From: Alphaproteobacteria bacterium
Lineage (GTDB): Bacteria > Pseudomonadota > Alphaproteobacteria > VGEJ01
DNA: 64,000 nucleotides
NCBI GenBank assembly: GCA_965248765.1
Contig: CBDFKF010000003.1
Location: 653,777 to 717,776, forward strand
Direction: 5' to 3'
In this document: positions 1 to 10,805 of the stretch, piece after piece
How the letters are laid out: every line of letters begins with the position of its first letter
Numbering within the stretch: position 1 is the first letter of the stretch
Program-made: the position numbers and the translations under genes
Notes under the pieces: model-generated
What the model was told of the DNA's origin: nothing
Databases searched by the model: none
What the model saw: the letters and a program-made list of their open reading frames with translations, nothing else

Positions 1-1020
1 GACATGAGCAACCGGGTGATGCAGGCCTTCGGGGAACTGGTCCCGGCGGTAGAGAAATACTCGATCGACGAATGCTTTCTTGATCTCACGGGAATACCGC
101 AAGAGCTCACGGCATTCTGCCAGGACCTGAAACGCATCGTGCGGCAATGGACCGGACTGCCGATCAGCATCGGCATTGCCGAGACCAAGACCCTTGCTAA
201 GATCGCCAACCGCCTCGCGAAGACCTCCGCCAAAACGGACGGTGTTCTCGATCTCACCGGTGAGCGCTGGCGCGACAGGGCGCTGGCGTCAACTGAAGTC
301 GGCGATATCTGGGGCATCGGCAGGCAGTACGCCCAAAAACTCAACCGTAACGGTATTATGACGGCCCTCGATCTGACGAGCCGTCCCGATGGCTGGATCC
401 GCAAGGAGATGGGCGTCGGCGGGCTGAAGACGGTGCGGGAATTGCGCGGCGAGGACTGTATAGGCTTCGATGACATGCCCCAGCCCAAGCAGACGACGAT
501 GGTCTCCCGGTCCTTCGGCGCGGAAGTGCGCGACTACGACGAGTTGGCCAATGCGATCGCCATGTTCGCGACCGATGCGGCGCGCTCCATTCGCACGGCC
601 AATCTCGTCTCAACCTCGGTGAGCGTGTTCATCGAGACCAACCGTTTCGGCAAGAGCCCGCACCACGCTCCGTCCCGCTCAGAGGCGCTGTCGCCAGCGA
701 CCAATAACACAAAACATGTCGTGAGGGCCGCGCTGACCGCCCTGAAGCACATCTACCGCGAGGGGCTGGCGTACAAGCGCGCCGGGGTGATGCTGCTCGA
801 CCTCGTAGAAGCCGGCCAGGCGCCAATCTCGCTATTCGATACGCAGGATCCAAGGGACGACAAGCTGATCGAAGCGTTCGACGCCATCAACGACCGGCTG
901 GGGCCGGGAGCGATCCAATTCGGCCCCGGGGCGCAGGCCGCGTCCTGGCGATCGAGCAGCGCGTTCCGCTCGCCCAGCTACACAACCCGTTGGGAAGACA
1001 TCCCGAAGGTTAAAACCTGA
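1..1020 (+). CDS. Y-family DNA polymerase (UmuC/DinB-like), 5'-partial at window edge
   Basis: ORF 4..1020 is open back to base 1. It contains the Y-family palm motif SIDECFLDLTG near its start, so roughly 80 N-terminal residues lie outside the window. Confidence 0.75.
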   Translation, partial: DMSNRVMQAFGELVPAVEKYSIDECFLDLTGIPQELTAFCQDLKRIVRQWTGLPISIGIAETKTLAKIANRLAKTSAKTDGVLDLTGERWRDRALASTEVGDIWGIGRQYAQKLNRNGIMTALDLTSRPDGWIRKEMGVGGLKTVRELRGEDCIGFDDMPQPKQTTMVSRSFGAEVRDYDELANAIAMFATDAARSIRTANLVSTSVSVFIETNRFGKSPHHAPSRSEALSPATNNTKHVVRAALTALKHIYREGLAYKRAGVMLLDLVEAGQAPISLFDTQDPRDDKLIEAFDAINDRLGPGAIQFGPGAQAASWRSSSAFRSPSYTTRWEDIPKVKT

Positions 1021-1168
1021 GCACCGACAGACCCCGGCATCGATCCTGGCGCCGGTCCACAAGCGTGGAAATTGCACAACAGGCGCGCAGCCTCCACCCG
1101 ATCCTGGCGCGCCACGGAGAGAATGAGGCTGGGGCCTTTCAGGCGGCGGGGACGAGGGCGAGAGAACG

Positions 1169-1545
1169 GCTTTCGCTGCCTCGCCGGGTGATCGCGGTAA
1201 TCGCGGCCCTGTTTCTGGCCGGCTGCATGTCGGGCGACCATGGGGTGAAGCGGATCGCCGACGCGGGGGCTCGGCGGCATCGCAGGTGCGTGCATGTATC
1301 TACGGCCGGAAGCGGCAAGCTCGGGATCGCGGCCACGGTGGCGGGAACAATGGCGGGGTTGTTTCCCGGCAGCGGGATCAGCGCCTCGCTCGACAACCTG
1401 TATGCGGCCCGCACACGGCAAGCGGCGCTGGAGACCCGTCCAAGCGGGGTGCCCTCGCGCTGGCACAATCCCAGTACCGGCAATGCAGGCGCTATTGCGC
1501 CGACCCGCACCGACAGATCGGCCGGCGGAATCTACTGCAGTGTTA
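1169..1545 (+). pseudogene. possible lipoprotein gene remnant truncated by the IS21-derived repeat
   Basis: Within ORF 1065..1709 there is a hydrophobic stretch VIAVIAALFLAGC (lipobox-like LAGC) followed by a glycine-zipper-like GIAATVAGTMAGLF. The frame runs into the IS21 fragment at about 1545. There is no convincing start codon. Confidence 0.2.
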
Positions 1546-1993
1546 ACGGCGGAGGAATAATGCAGCACGCGGAGCGGCTGGGCGGTCCGGTCGCGGCGGC
1601 GCAAAATTGCGCCACCTATAGCCCCTTGTCGGTTGTGGTGAGGGGCAGGAGATGTACGGCGTGGAGCTCTATGCGGCGGTTCGTCTGGCGGTTGTCGACG
1701 AGGGTCTGAGCCATCACGATGCGGGCCGTCGGTTCGGCATCGACCGCCGGACGGTGAAGAAGATGCTGAGCTATTCGGCGCCGCCGGGCTACCGGCGGAC
1801 CAAGCCGGTCCGGCGGCCCAAGCTGGATGGGTTCACCGGCATCGTCGACGCGATCCTGGAGGCGGACACGGATCCGGACGTGCCGCGCAAGCAGCGCCAC
1901 ACGGCGCACCGGATCTTCGAGCGGCTGCGGGACGAGCACGGGTTCGCCGGCGGCTATACCATGCAGACCGTGTGGAAACTCTGGGTGGCGGGG
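1545..1993 (+). mobile_element. IS21-family left-end fragment, copy a, carrying the first ~108 codons of istA (1652..1975)
   Basis: The ORF 1652..2005 N-terminus (MYGVELYAAVRLAVVDEGLSHHDAGRRFGIDRRTVKKML...PKLDGF...HTAHRIFERLRDEHGFAGGYTMQTVWKLW) is homologous to the N-terminus of the intact IstA at 11663. The similarity stops abruptly at ~1993. Confidence 0.8.
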
Positions 1994-3492
1994 ATGGAGG
2001 TTTAGGTAACCATGATTTGCGGCGATCCCACGTAATCTGGCGGTTTGGCGCCGGTAGCCCTGTGGAAGGGGCTCCAGGCCTCCGTGGATCGATGTGCGGC
2101 GCTCGATTTTGGCCTGATTCCCGTCTCATGCCCTCGCGGCGGCGATCAAGGCGGGAACACCTACCAGCGAGATCGCGCGGCGGATGTTGTAAGCCAGCGC
2201 CGTGATGCTGAACTCGCCGCGCACGTTCTCCAGCCGCCGGGTCAGGAAGGCACCCTGGCCCATCCATTGTTTGATTGAGCCGAAGGGATGCTCGACGCTT
2301 TCACGGCGCGCATCGAGCAGCTCCGGGCGGGCCGCCAATCGTTCTGCCATGCGCTCCAGGATCGCTTCGGCGCTTGCGCTTGCTGTGTAGCGCCAGGCGT
2401 TGGCCGTCGGGGCAGATGTAAATGTCCTCGCCGCCGTCATAGCGGAAGCGTTCCTTGGGAAAGAGCCCCTGGCTCACCGTGGATCCGCGCTGGGGCTTGG
2501 GCACATGCGGCACGACGCCGGCATTCTCGCAGGCCTCGATATCCTCGATCTTGAAGTAGCCCGCGTCGGCGACCGCGTCGATCCGATCGACGGCCAGGTT
2601 CCGACGGGCCACCACCGCCGTCTCGGCCAATAGACCGAGATCGCTGACCTTGTTATGGACCTGCTGCTCGGCGATCAGTTTGTGCTTGGCGTCCACGGCG
2701 ATCTGAATGTTGTAGCCGACACCGACCCGGGTCTCGGCGTACATCGCCCGGCTGTCCGGATCCGTCAAAGAGAGCTGGTCCTCGCCACTCGCAGCCAGCG
2801 CGTCTCGATGTTCCTCAAACCGCTCACGCCGCCCTTGGATCGCAGCGATCTTCTCCTGGATATGCTCCACCTCGCCGCCGCCGGTGCCGCCCTCGTCTTG
2901 CTCGTCGGCCTCGTCGAGCCGGTCGAGATAACGCGACAACCTCTCGTCGCTCTCGGCCAACGCCTTCGCCAGCTTCGCTTTGGTGAAGTTCCGCTTCCGG
3001 CTGTTCACTGCCTTGATCCGTGTACCGTCAACCGCCACCAGCTCGCGTCCGAACAGCTCCAGTTCGCGGCATAGCCTCACGAACTCCCGAAACACCTGTC
3101 GGAAGGCCGCCCGATTGATCCGCCGGAAATCGGCGATCGTCTTGAAGTCTGGCGACAAACGCCGCAACAGCCAGATCACTTCGAGATTACGCTTGCTCTC
3201 TGCCTCCAGCCGGCGGCTCGAACGTACCCGATTGAGATAGCCGTATATGTAGAGCTTCAGCAGGTCCGCCGGATCGTAGCCGGGACGACCTATCGCCTTC
3301 GCCGCGGCGCGCTCGAAACCAGCGGCCGCTAGGTCCAAACCATCCACGAAGGCATCGATGAAACGGACCGGGTTATCCCGGCCCACGTAATCGTCCACTG
3401 CTTCCGGCAGAAGCAGAACCTGAGAGCGGTCAACGCCAGGAATGTGTCTCATGGCGGACCCTAACATCGCCATGAGACGGACGGAATCCCCC
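1994..3492 (-). mobile_element. IS1182-family (IS5-like DDE) insertion sequence, copy 1
   Basis: A minus-strand transposase is embedded between the two IS21-derived arms. The ends were taken where the arm sequences diverge (ctgggtggcgggg|atggaggtttaggtaacc and its mirror at 3492). A 9-bp perfect hairpin ctcatggcg-N11-cgccatgag lies at 3453..3481 over the transposase start. Confidence 0.65.
2126..3446 (-). pseudogene. IS1182-family transposase, frameshifted
   Basis: The N-terminal and middle part lie in the frame of ORF 2301..3812, from MRHIPGVDRSQ, with RPGYDPADLLKLYIYGYLNRVRSSRRLE and the DDE region. The C-terminal part VEHPFGSIKQWMG...ALIAAARA lies in another frame (ORF 2126..2440). The 503-aa ORF is a read-through chimera with the IS21 IstA fragment. 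Confidence 0.7.
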
Positions 3493-3910
3493 GCCACCCA
3501 GAGTTTCCACACGGTCTGCATGGTATAGCCGCCGGCGAACCCGTGCTCGTCCCGCAGCCGCTCGAAGATCCGGTGCGCCGTGTGGCGCTGCTTGCGCGGC
3601 ACGTCCGGATCCGTGTCCGCCTCCAGGATCGCGTCGACGATGCCGGTGAACCCATCCAGCTTGGGCCGCCGGTAGCCCGGCGGCGCCGAATAGCTCAGCA
3701 TCTTCTTCACCGTCCGGCGGTCGATGCCGAACCGACGGCCCGCATCGTGATGGCTCAGACCCTCGTCGACAACCGCCAGACGAACCGCCGCATAGAGCTC
3801 CACGCCGTACATCTCATGCCCCTCACCACAACCGACAAGGGGCTATAGGTGGCGCAATTTTGCGCCGCCGCGACCGGACCGCCCAGCCGCTCCGCGTGCT
3901 GCATTATTCC
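3493..3910 (-). mobile_element. IS21-family left-end fragment, copy b (inverted relative to copy a), carrying the istA 5' part 3498..3812
   Basis: The reverse complement of 3493..3910 matches 1545..1993, including the upstream sequence gcgcaaaattgcgccacctatagccccttgtcggttgtggtgagg. This copy has an 18-bp in-frame deletion (YRRTKPVRRPKL becomes YRRPKL). The flanking ORFs 978..1604(-) and 3860..4126(+) start identically (MRRRDRTAQPLRVLHYSSAV), confirming the inverted duplication. Confidence 0.8.
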
Positions 3911-4055
3911 TCCGCCGTTACCACGACCCGCTTCGGCGGGTCTCCACTATTTCTCTACAAACGCTTCCTCGATCTGGGCGTGGACGCTCGTTTTGCGTGC
4001 AGCCTACTAGCCCACCCCACCCCCACGGGGTCTCGAACAAGAGCTGCATTGCCCG

Positions 4056-4800
4056 TCATACATCCAGCCGATTTGAAATCGGCTTGGTCGTCAATGTCGG
4101 CTTGGCGCAGGAAAGCAGCGTGCTAGCCGGCGTCAGCGGACGACAGTTGATAGCCAACAGCGGTCGTGAGTCACCGCGACTAAACTTCAAGCCCGGCCTT
4201 CCGCAAGCCGTCCCACATGTGCTCCTTGTCGGCTGGTTCCTTAAGCGGTGGTATCTCGCCGTCTCGACCAGGTCCGGTGTTATCCGCAGCGCCATTTTGA
4301 GCGCCTTGTTTGCACGCTCCGTCTGGCCCAGCTGCGCGCAAGCGATTGCCAAGTCAAAATGGCCGAAAATGAGGTCCGGGTACTTGGCGGTCATGCGGCT
4401 CGCCCACTCCACAGCGGTCTCATAGTCTCTGGCAAGGTACGAGGCCCACGCTACGCAGTTCTCGAAACCGAACATTAGGGGATCGCGGGGGCTGAGGCGA
4501 ATTGCTGTCAACGCATCGGCTACAGCCTCTTCGTGACGACCTGAGAACGTATTCGCAAAGCTCCTCGACATGTGCCCCCAGCGCCAGGTTTGGGTTGAGT
4601 TCAAGAGCGCGCTCTGCCTCTGCAGTGGCTAGCTCTTGTTCTTTGATGAATACAAGACATATCCCCTCCCGGATTTCCTCGTTGGCGCCGGCCTGCGGCC
4701 CGTCGATCACGCCGGCTTCTAGCAGCGTGCGGATGGGGTGGGGCCGGAGCTTGGCGCGCGTCTCCGGCGTCGGTCCCTCGGGCCAAGACCGAGGGCTACA
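4056..4800 (-). pseudogene. TPR-repeat protein, frameshifted (N-terminal domain plus TPR repeats in two frames)
   Basis: ORF 4420..4710 (EIREGICLVFIKEQELATAEAERALELNPNLALGAHVEE) and ORF 4056..4604 (FANTFSGRHEEAVADALTAIRLSPRDP...YETAVEWASRMTAKYPDLIFGHFDLAIACAQLGQTERANKALKMALRITPDL) form one TPR-type gene in two frames. The N-terminal part (PETRAKLRPHPIRTLLEAGVIDGPQ) has no start codon and is paralogous to 6722..6931. Confidence 0.5.
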
Positions 4801-4813
4801 AGCTGCGCGGACA

Positions 4814-6606
4814 CTAGGAATCGCGGCGCAGCGCCGCTGTCCGCGCCTGATCGACCACGTAGTCGACGCCGTTGTCCGCCAGTCCGAGCGCGACCTTGTA
4901 GACCTCCTCGGCGCGCTTCTCGCTCAGCCAGCGGCGGTTCACGTCGTCGGCGACGCGCGCCGGATCGCGCAGTGTCGGGTCGCCATAGCCACCGCCCGCG
5001 TTCATGCGAAAGACGATCGCCTCGCCGGGCCGGATACCATCCTGATGAAAGGATGGGAGCTTCTCGAGCTCGCCGTTGGCGTGGCGTTTCCAGTTTCCGG
5101 CTGGCGCGGCGTCGGTGCCGCCGAGCACGCCCCTTCGGCGCGTTGACATCGCCGTCGCTGCAATAGGCCACCGTCATGTCGCCGGACAGTGAACCATAGG
5201 CTCCCATGGTGGCCGGCGCGCCGTTCCACCTACCGCAACCCATGGAGTCCCTCGAGACATAGCGCGAATCGAAGATGATCGGGTACATCCCCTCGTCGAT
5301 CTCGATCGAATCGAGACAGCCAACGCCGCCGCCGTTAGGCGCCTCGTAAGTGAGCCAGCCGTCATAGCCGTGGAGACCCGGCCCGCCTGAAAGGCCGGCG
5401 ATCAGTTGATTGATGTAGGGACTATCCTCGGCCGAACGCGTATCGACGCCCGAGATCACCGCCAAGCCGGCGGCGAAATCACCCCCGCCCTCGGCAAGGC
5501 CAAAGGGCTCGCCCATCTGGGCGAAACAGCACTGAACGGCATTGATCAAACGGTCATTGACGTTGGTGGTGGCGACCGAAGTCCCGGCCGGGTAGGTCGG
5601 CCCGCCCCACAACACAGCCGTCGCGCAACAGGGTCTTCACGCGGCTCGCGCTGCCGTCATTGTGCGGGATCGTCGGATCGAGGTTGTAGAACACCCCGAT
5701 TCGACAGGAGCCGGTCGCACAGGCCTCCGACAAGTTGATGCCGCCGGGCACGCAGTCGGGGTTGTCGCGCACATCGACGGCGATCATGCCCTCGTCGGGA
5801 TCGACGGTGACCGTTGCGTTGATCGGTACGCCCTCGTCCGCGACGCCTGGCACCGGATCGTGGGTCGCACTGTAGCTCCACGTGCCGGCCGGCAGCGCCT
5901 TGATGGCGGCGATGGCGCGTCGCCGGCCGTAGTCCATCCACTCCTCGACGAAGGCCTTGATGGTCTCGACCCCATAGCGCTCGATCAGCTCACGGAGGCG
6001 GCGTTCACCGGTGCGGCAGGCACCGACCTGTGCACGGTAGTCGCCGTACCAGATCTTGCTCACGCGAATCTTGTGCAGGCCGATGCGCACGATGTCGGCC
6101 TTGTCTTCGAAGTTCTCCTGAATACGGACGCAAGGGAAATGCACGCCCTCCTGGTAGAGCTCCGCGGCGTAGGGCAGATAGGTCGTGGGTTCGGGTGCGC
6201 CCACATCGGCGTGGTGCGAGCGCGATAGGGTCCAGAACAACGGCTCGCCGTCATAGAACACCGGCACCGACAGTGTCATGTCGGCGTGGTGCGTAACCCC
6301 GTGATAGGGGCTGTTGTTGAAGAAGGCATCGCCTTCCTTGACGTCGTCGAACAGCTCGGTGTTGGGCCGAGTGGTGAGCTCGAATGCCGAGACGTGAATC
6401 GGCATCGCCTCCTCGACACAGATCAACCGGTGATCATAGGTCAGAACCCCGCACGACATGTCGCGGGCGTTCTTGATGGCCGCCGACCGACTGGCCTTCA
6501 TCACCGTGTTCGACATCTCACGGATGATGGCCTCGAGTCGGCTCGACAGAACCGCCATCAACATCGCATCGATCTTGTTCGAGGACGCCTCGGTCTCGTC
6601 GTGCAT
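4814..6606 (-). pseudogene. hyuB: hydantoinase B / oxoprolinase B-subunit (HyuB) gene, frameshifted into at least 3 frames
   Basis: The N-terminal 350 aa (ORF 5554..6606) align with the intact HyuB at 51419..53203 (DMSC..., NNSPYHGVTHHADM..., YQEGVHFPCVRIQ). The middle part is in ORF 4719..5615. The C-terminus, with NAGGGYGDP and ...VDQARTAALRRDS, is in ORF 4814..5149. Confidence 0.8.
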
Positions 6607-6721
6607 TCTCTCGTCTCCCCCGCCACGCGCCGACGTGACGCCATTCTGAGGTTGGCCTCGCCCGCGTTCAATGCGATTTCGCGCAGCGTTGACTCAGCGA
6701 CCTCATGGAGGGTCTCGTGCC

Positions 6722-6931
6722 TCAGGGGCCCTGGCACCAGAAGGGACAGCGGTTGGGTACTGGCATCACCGGCCTCTTTCCATAGGCCCGCGACAGGATG
6801 GCTTCGTAAACATCGCGGATCTCTTGCCCAGCCTCGCACTGCTGTTGGGTGATGGCGCCGTTGTGGTAAAGCGCCAGGAGCTGGTCGGGCCGGAGCTTGG
6901 CCTTGGTCTCGGGCGCGGGGCCGTATTCCGG
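6722..6931 (-). pseudogene. remnant paralogous to the N-terminal domain of the TPR-protein pseudogene at 4700-4800
   Basis: EYGPAPETKAKLRPDQLLALYHNGAITQQQCEAGQEIRDVY aligns with EGPTPETRAKLRPHPIRTLLEAGVIDGPQAGANEEIREGI. The DNA differs mostly at third codon positions. The upstream ~90 codons of ORF 6722..7201 look like non-coding GC-rich read-through. Confidence 0.4.
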
Positions 6932-7469
6932 ACGGCTGCGCCCGTCTCTGCGTTTGCGTGCTAGCAGCGGTTTGCCTCGCGATATAGCGGCAGGGCCCAA
7001 GCCCGTACAGCGCCACCGCGGCCTTGTCCAGTTGCGATACGGCGCGGCAAGCCAGCGCACCAAAAAAAGGCGGCTCTCTTTCGGAGGGCCGCCACGGACG
7101 TAGGTTGCAATGCGCGGGCGCGCCGGCCACTGCGGGGAGGCACCCACACCCGGGAATAGCGTGGCACCCTCCGCGCCAGCCACCAATGAGCGTGGCGGCA
7201 CAGTTCACCACGTGTCGATAGCCGGAATACGATCTCGAAAGCATGATCGACTCCGCCTGGGACTATCAGCGGGCGCCTGACGACCCCCGCGTCACATGGT
7301 ATCCCGGGTAAGACGAGGCTGCGTCGCGAGGCCCGGACCTTTTTTGATGCTAGCGACCGATAACTCGGACGGCAGCCATGGGTCTTGGTTGTGTAGGAAC
7401 GCAGCGGCGTTGGCGGTCGGACGTAGCGGCCCGAGGCTGATGTGAGCGAGCCGTTCCATCTAGCTCAGT

Positions 7470-9020
7470 GGGTAACCTGAGTCATCTAAGAGAAGCTCAG
7501 GTCGGGCGGTCTGGCGTTTCGTGGGCGTTGGAGCCAGGAAGTTGCGTTTCCTATGCCCTGATGGCCGCGATCAGCAGCCCGGTGCCGAGGATGTTCATGA
7601 CACGGGTGAGGTTATAGGCGAGTACGTGCAGCGCCATCTCGGTGCTGACGCGTTGTGAGCGTCTTCATCAGGAAGTGGGTTGCGCGCCCATCGGGGCTTT
7701 GATCGTGCCGAAGGGATGCTCGACCGTCTCGCGGCGCTGGCGCATCTTCTCCGGATGCTCGTCGAGCCGCCTCTGAACAGCCTCGAGAACATGCTCGTAC
7801 TCGTGATCCGGCGCTCTCTGCCCGTGGTGCAGCGGTGCTTGATGGCGCAGCTCAGACACGCGTTGGTCCAGTAGCGGCGTAAGGCCAGGCCCTTTTCCTC
7901 AGTCGTGTATCGATACCTCAGCCTTTCGTTGGCCGGGCAGATGTAGATGTCCTTTTGCGCCACATAGCGGCCGGAGGTCTGCGGCTTGGGAAGCGTGACC
8001 GTGATGGCGGCGTCTTCGCACGCCAGGATCTCCGCACTGTTGAAGTAGCCCCGGTCGGCGACGACATCCAAGGTGTCCGCCCCCAGCGTCGCTTTCGTCT
8101 GCTTGGCCATGCGGGCGAGCTGGGACCGGTCGGTGCCGACGTTGGTCACCTCGTGGGCAACGATCAGATGATGCTTGGTGTCGACGGCGGCTTGCACGTT
8201 GTAGCCGACGACGCCCGATCCCCGACCGCTGGTCGCCATCGAGCGAGCGTCGGGATCGGTTAGAGAGATCTGCTGGTCCGGCCTCTCGCGCATCCGCGCC
8301 TCGAGCCCCTTGAGGCGCTGCATCTCTTGCCTGAGCCTGGCGATCTTCTCGTGCAGACGGACCGTCTTGGTCGTGCGTGCCAGAGACGGCTCTTGCCGGT
8401 CGGCGCTGTCCAGCTGGTGCAGGTAGCGCGACACGCTGATCCAGGCGCCGCGTCATCTTGGCTCGCGTGAAGTTCCTGTCTCGGTTGTTCACTGCCTTGA
8501 ACTTGCTGCCATCGATCGCAACGCGGGCTTCGGCAAACAGACCGAGCGTGCGGCACAGAGCGACGAACCGGGCACAGACCTGACGGATGGCGCGACCATT
8601 GTCCTTGTTGCGGAAGTCGGCGATCGTCTTGTGATCGGGAGCCAGGCGGCCGGTTAGCCACATCACTTCCACGTTGCGCCCGGCTTCCCGCTCAAGCCGG
8701 CGGCTCGATTGGACCCGATTGAGATAGCCGTAGATGTACAGCTTCAGCAGAACCGACGGATGATACGCAGGCCGGCCGGTATCCTTCGGCGCGACACGGC
8801 TGAAGCCAAGCTCAGCTAGATCCAGCTCCTCGACAAAGACATCGATCACCCGAACCGCATTGTCCTCGCCAATCCAGTCGTCCAAGCACTCCGGGAACAA
8901 AGTGCGCTGCCCGCGATCGATCCCTTCAACGAAACGCCCCATACGATCTCCCCGCTCAGACCACCGAAGAATCATATCAGGCAAGCGTTCTTACACAGCC
9001 AGGGTCACACCCGGTCATTC
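7470..9020 (-). mobile_element. IS1182-family insertion sequence, copy 2 (diverged from copy 1), decayed
   Basis: The transposase pieces match copy 1 by homology (RMGRFVEGIDRGQ..PAYHPSVLLKLYIYGYLNRVQSSRRLE; VEHPFGTIKAPMG). The terminal region contains ggttacc and the hairpin ctcag-tgggtaac-ctgag at ~7465-7485, like the copy-1 end at ~1995-2010. Boundaries are approximate. Confidence 0.6.
7595..8984 (-). pseudogene. IS1182-family transposase with at least 2 frameshifts
   Basis: Three overlapping ORFs (7899..8984, 7595..8434, 7668..7859) in different frames together cover one transposase. Confidence 0.7.
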
Positions 9021-9159
9021 TAAGCGTCGATTAGCTACGTCCGCTCATCGGCCGATTCCGGACATGTCGCTGTCGTCGGTCCGACCACCTCTCGAAATTG
9101 CCTCAGAGTCGCGAGTGTCCGCAGCCTCCCTCGAGTGTCCGCGGCATGGCGAAGCGTGT

Positions 9160-9909
9160 TCACGCTCTCAGAAAACGACCGATCAGGGGATTGAATGCCT
9201 CGGACACTTCGAGGTGAGCGTTGTGTGCACAGTTCGGCAGCACGCAAAGCTGGGCATTCGGTATCCCTTGCCACAGTTCATACGAACAATCGGGATGGGT
9301 ATTTCGGTCGCGATCGCCACAGATCACTAACGTTGGCATGCTGATATCGCCGAGCCGGTCGCGCACGTCCCAGCCCACCATGCCGCGCATCAGGCGAATC
9401 GCCCCTTCCTTGCTGGCACCGGCACCCGCAGTCTTCGTGAATTCGTGGAGGGGGTGCTGATCACCGTCGACGAACCAGGTCGCGGCGAGACGCGCCGCGG
9501 TGATTTCAACTGATTGGGACTCGAGTCGGGCGATCGTGTCGTCGAAGGTCTCGAAGCGGTTCGGAAGATCGGCCGTGGCCGAACTACCGTACAGAATCAG
9601 TTTCTCGATTCGATCGGGATGGTCCAAGGCTGCCTGTAAGGCGGTCATAGACCCAAGCGAGTGGCCGAGTAGTGCGAATCGGCCTACGCCCAGCTGGGTC
9701 AATGTATCCATGAGCGACTCCGCAATTCCTGGGATTGAATTGGGCACTGGTTCGTCAGTACTACCTGCCAAACCGGGCATGTCGGTGGCAATCACGTCGA
9801 AATCGGCCGCCAGATGGGCGGCAAGGATCGCGAAGTATCCGCTGCCACCCAAGTATCCGTGCTGCAGCACGACAGTTGGACCCGATCCGAAACGCCGGTA
9901 ATGCAGCAT
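9160..9909 (-). CDS. alpha/beta-fold hydrolase
   Basis: 249 aa. HGYLGGSGYF... with nucleophile elbow GHSLGS, later Asp, and a C-terminal CAHNAHLE histidine region. Confidence 0.8.
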   Translation of the reverse strand: MLHYRRFGSGPTVVLQHGYLGGSGYFAILAAHLAADFDVIATDMPGLAGSTDEPVPNSIPGIAESLMDTLTQLGVGRFALLGHSLGSMTALQAALDHPDRIEKLILYGSSATADLPNRFETFDDTIARLESQSVEITAARLAATWFVDGDQHPLHEFTKTAGAGASKEGAIRLMRGMVGWDVRDRLGDISMPTLVICGDRDRNTHPDCSYELWQGIPNAQLCVLPNCAHNAHLEVSEAFNPLIGRFLRA

Positions 9910-10382
9910 GTTTCCGTCCTCACGTGGCTAGTGCCGGCGATGAATAGGTCAACTCTGATGGGAACAACAGCGCCCTGGCAAGGCTGACCCAGTCACCTCG
10001 GTGTGATGTACGACGAGGGCGGGGGCGTACCGACGGACTATGTGCGAACAACCTTGATGGCGTGCGCGTCCGGTTTACTTTGCTGTCCTGCATGGGTCTG
10101 ACGCGATGGCCCTAGAGCACGCTGCGCCTCGTTGCGGCGCAAGACAGGTTTGGGGTCAAAAGCCGTCGTTTACGGCCCTTGCATGTCACGTCCGCATTCG
10201 CGAGTAGAGCCGACAGAACCAGCCCTAAAGGCGGGCGATCGCTTTTCCGTTTGCTCTGCCCCCGTTGTTGGGCTCGGCCGCCTCATCGTTCTCGCAGGGC
10301 CGAGCGGCGAAAGAATGACCGCTTTGCACCGCCGGCGGTGAGATCGTTCTGTGCAGCGCCTTCTCGGGCGTCTAATCCTCGT

Positions 10383-10805
10383 TCAGCTGTCGCTCGGCCT
10401 TTCGCTTCGCAACTTCTTGATGGCGCCGCGCTGTGTCTTCTCATCGAGCCGTCGCTTTCTCGAGCCCAAGGTCGGGCGGGTCGGTTTACGAGTCGGCCTC
10501 GGGTGAGCCGCTTGTTTCAAGAGATTTGTTAGCCGGGAGAGTGCGTCGTCACGGTTTCGTTCCTGAGTGCGATAGCGAGCAGCGGTGATCACGATCACGC
10601 CCTCTTTGGTAAGTCGCTTCCCTGCAAGCCGCTCTGCACGCACGCGAACATCACCCGGTAATGTCGGCGAATGACGCAAATCGAATCGAAGCTGGACCGC
10701 TGTCGACAGCTTGTTGACGTTCTGCCCGCCCGGGCCTGACGCGCGGATAAAAGTCTCCTCGATGTCGGCCGGGTCGATGGTGATCTGATCCGTAATCTTG
10801 ATCAT
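10383..10805 (-). CDS. arfB: peptidyl-tRNA hydrolase ArfB (alternative ribosome-rescue factor B, YaeJ)
   Basis: 140 aa. GGQ motif in SGPGGQNVNK. Basic C-terminal tail PTRKPTRPTLGSRKRRLDEKTQRGAIKKLR. Collinear with E. coli YaeJ by recollection. Confidence 0.9.
   Translation of the reverse strand: MIKITDQITIDPADIEETFIRASGPGGQNVNKLSTAVQLRFDLRHSPTLPGDVRVRAERLAGKRLTKEGVIVITAARYRTQERNRDDALSRLTNLLKQAAHPRPTRKPTRPTLGSRKRRLDEKTQRGAIKKLRSERPSDS

Larger units (their letters stand above)
1545..3910. repeat. inverted repeat (~420-450 bp arms) of IS21 5' ends flanking the IS1182 copy
   Basis: Direct comparison of the two arms on opposite strands. Confidence 0.8.

Noticed and set aside
6558-7244. ORFs 6558..7244 (-), 6671..6964 (+), and the N-terminal 90 codons of ORF 6722..7201 (-)
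   Set aside because: No similarity to anything in the window. Arg/Pro-rich read-through. Only the C-terminal ~60 codons of 6722..7201 show real protein-level homology to the 4700-4800 region.
7440-7500. tRNA-like D-loop sequence tagctcagtgggta next to the second IS1182 copy
   Set aside because: No acceptor or anticodon arms can be formed. The sequence is a simple hairpin (ctcag-tgggtaac-ctgag) that corresponds to the terminal region of the IS1182 element, which shares ggttacc with the end of copy 1.
9910-10380. Small ORFs in the gaps 9910..10380 and 10806..11116 (e.g. 10132..10341, 10179..10532)
   Set aside because: Low-complexity translations. No start or RBS context. They partly overlap arfB on the opposite strand. 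Treated as non-coding spacer. The only structure noted is a 9-bp inverted repeat ttcgtgaac...gttcacgaa at ~11086..11151.
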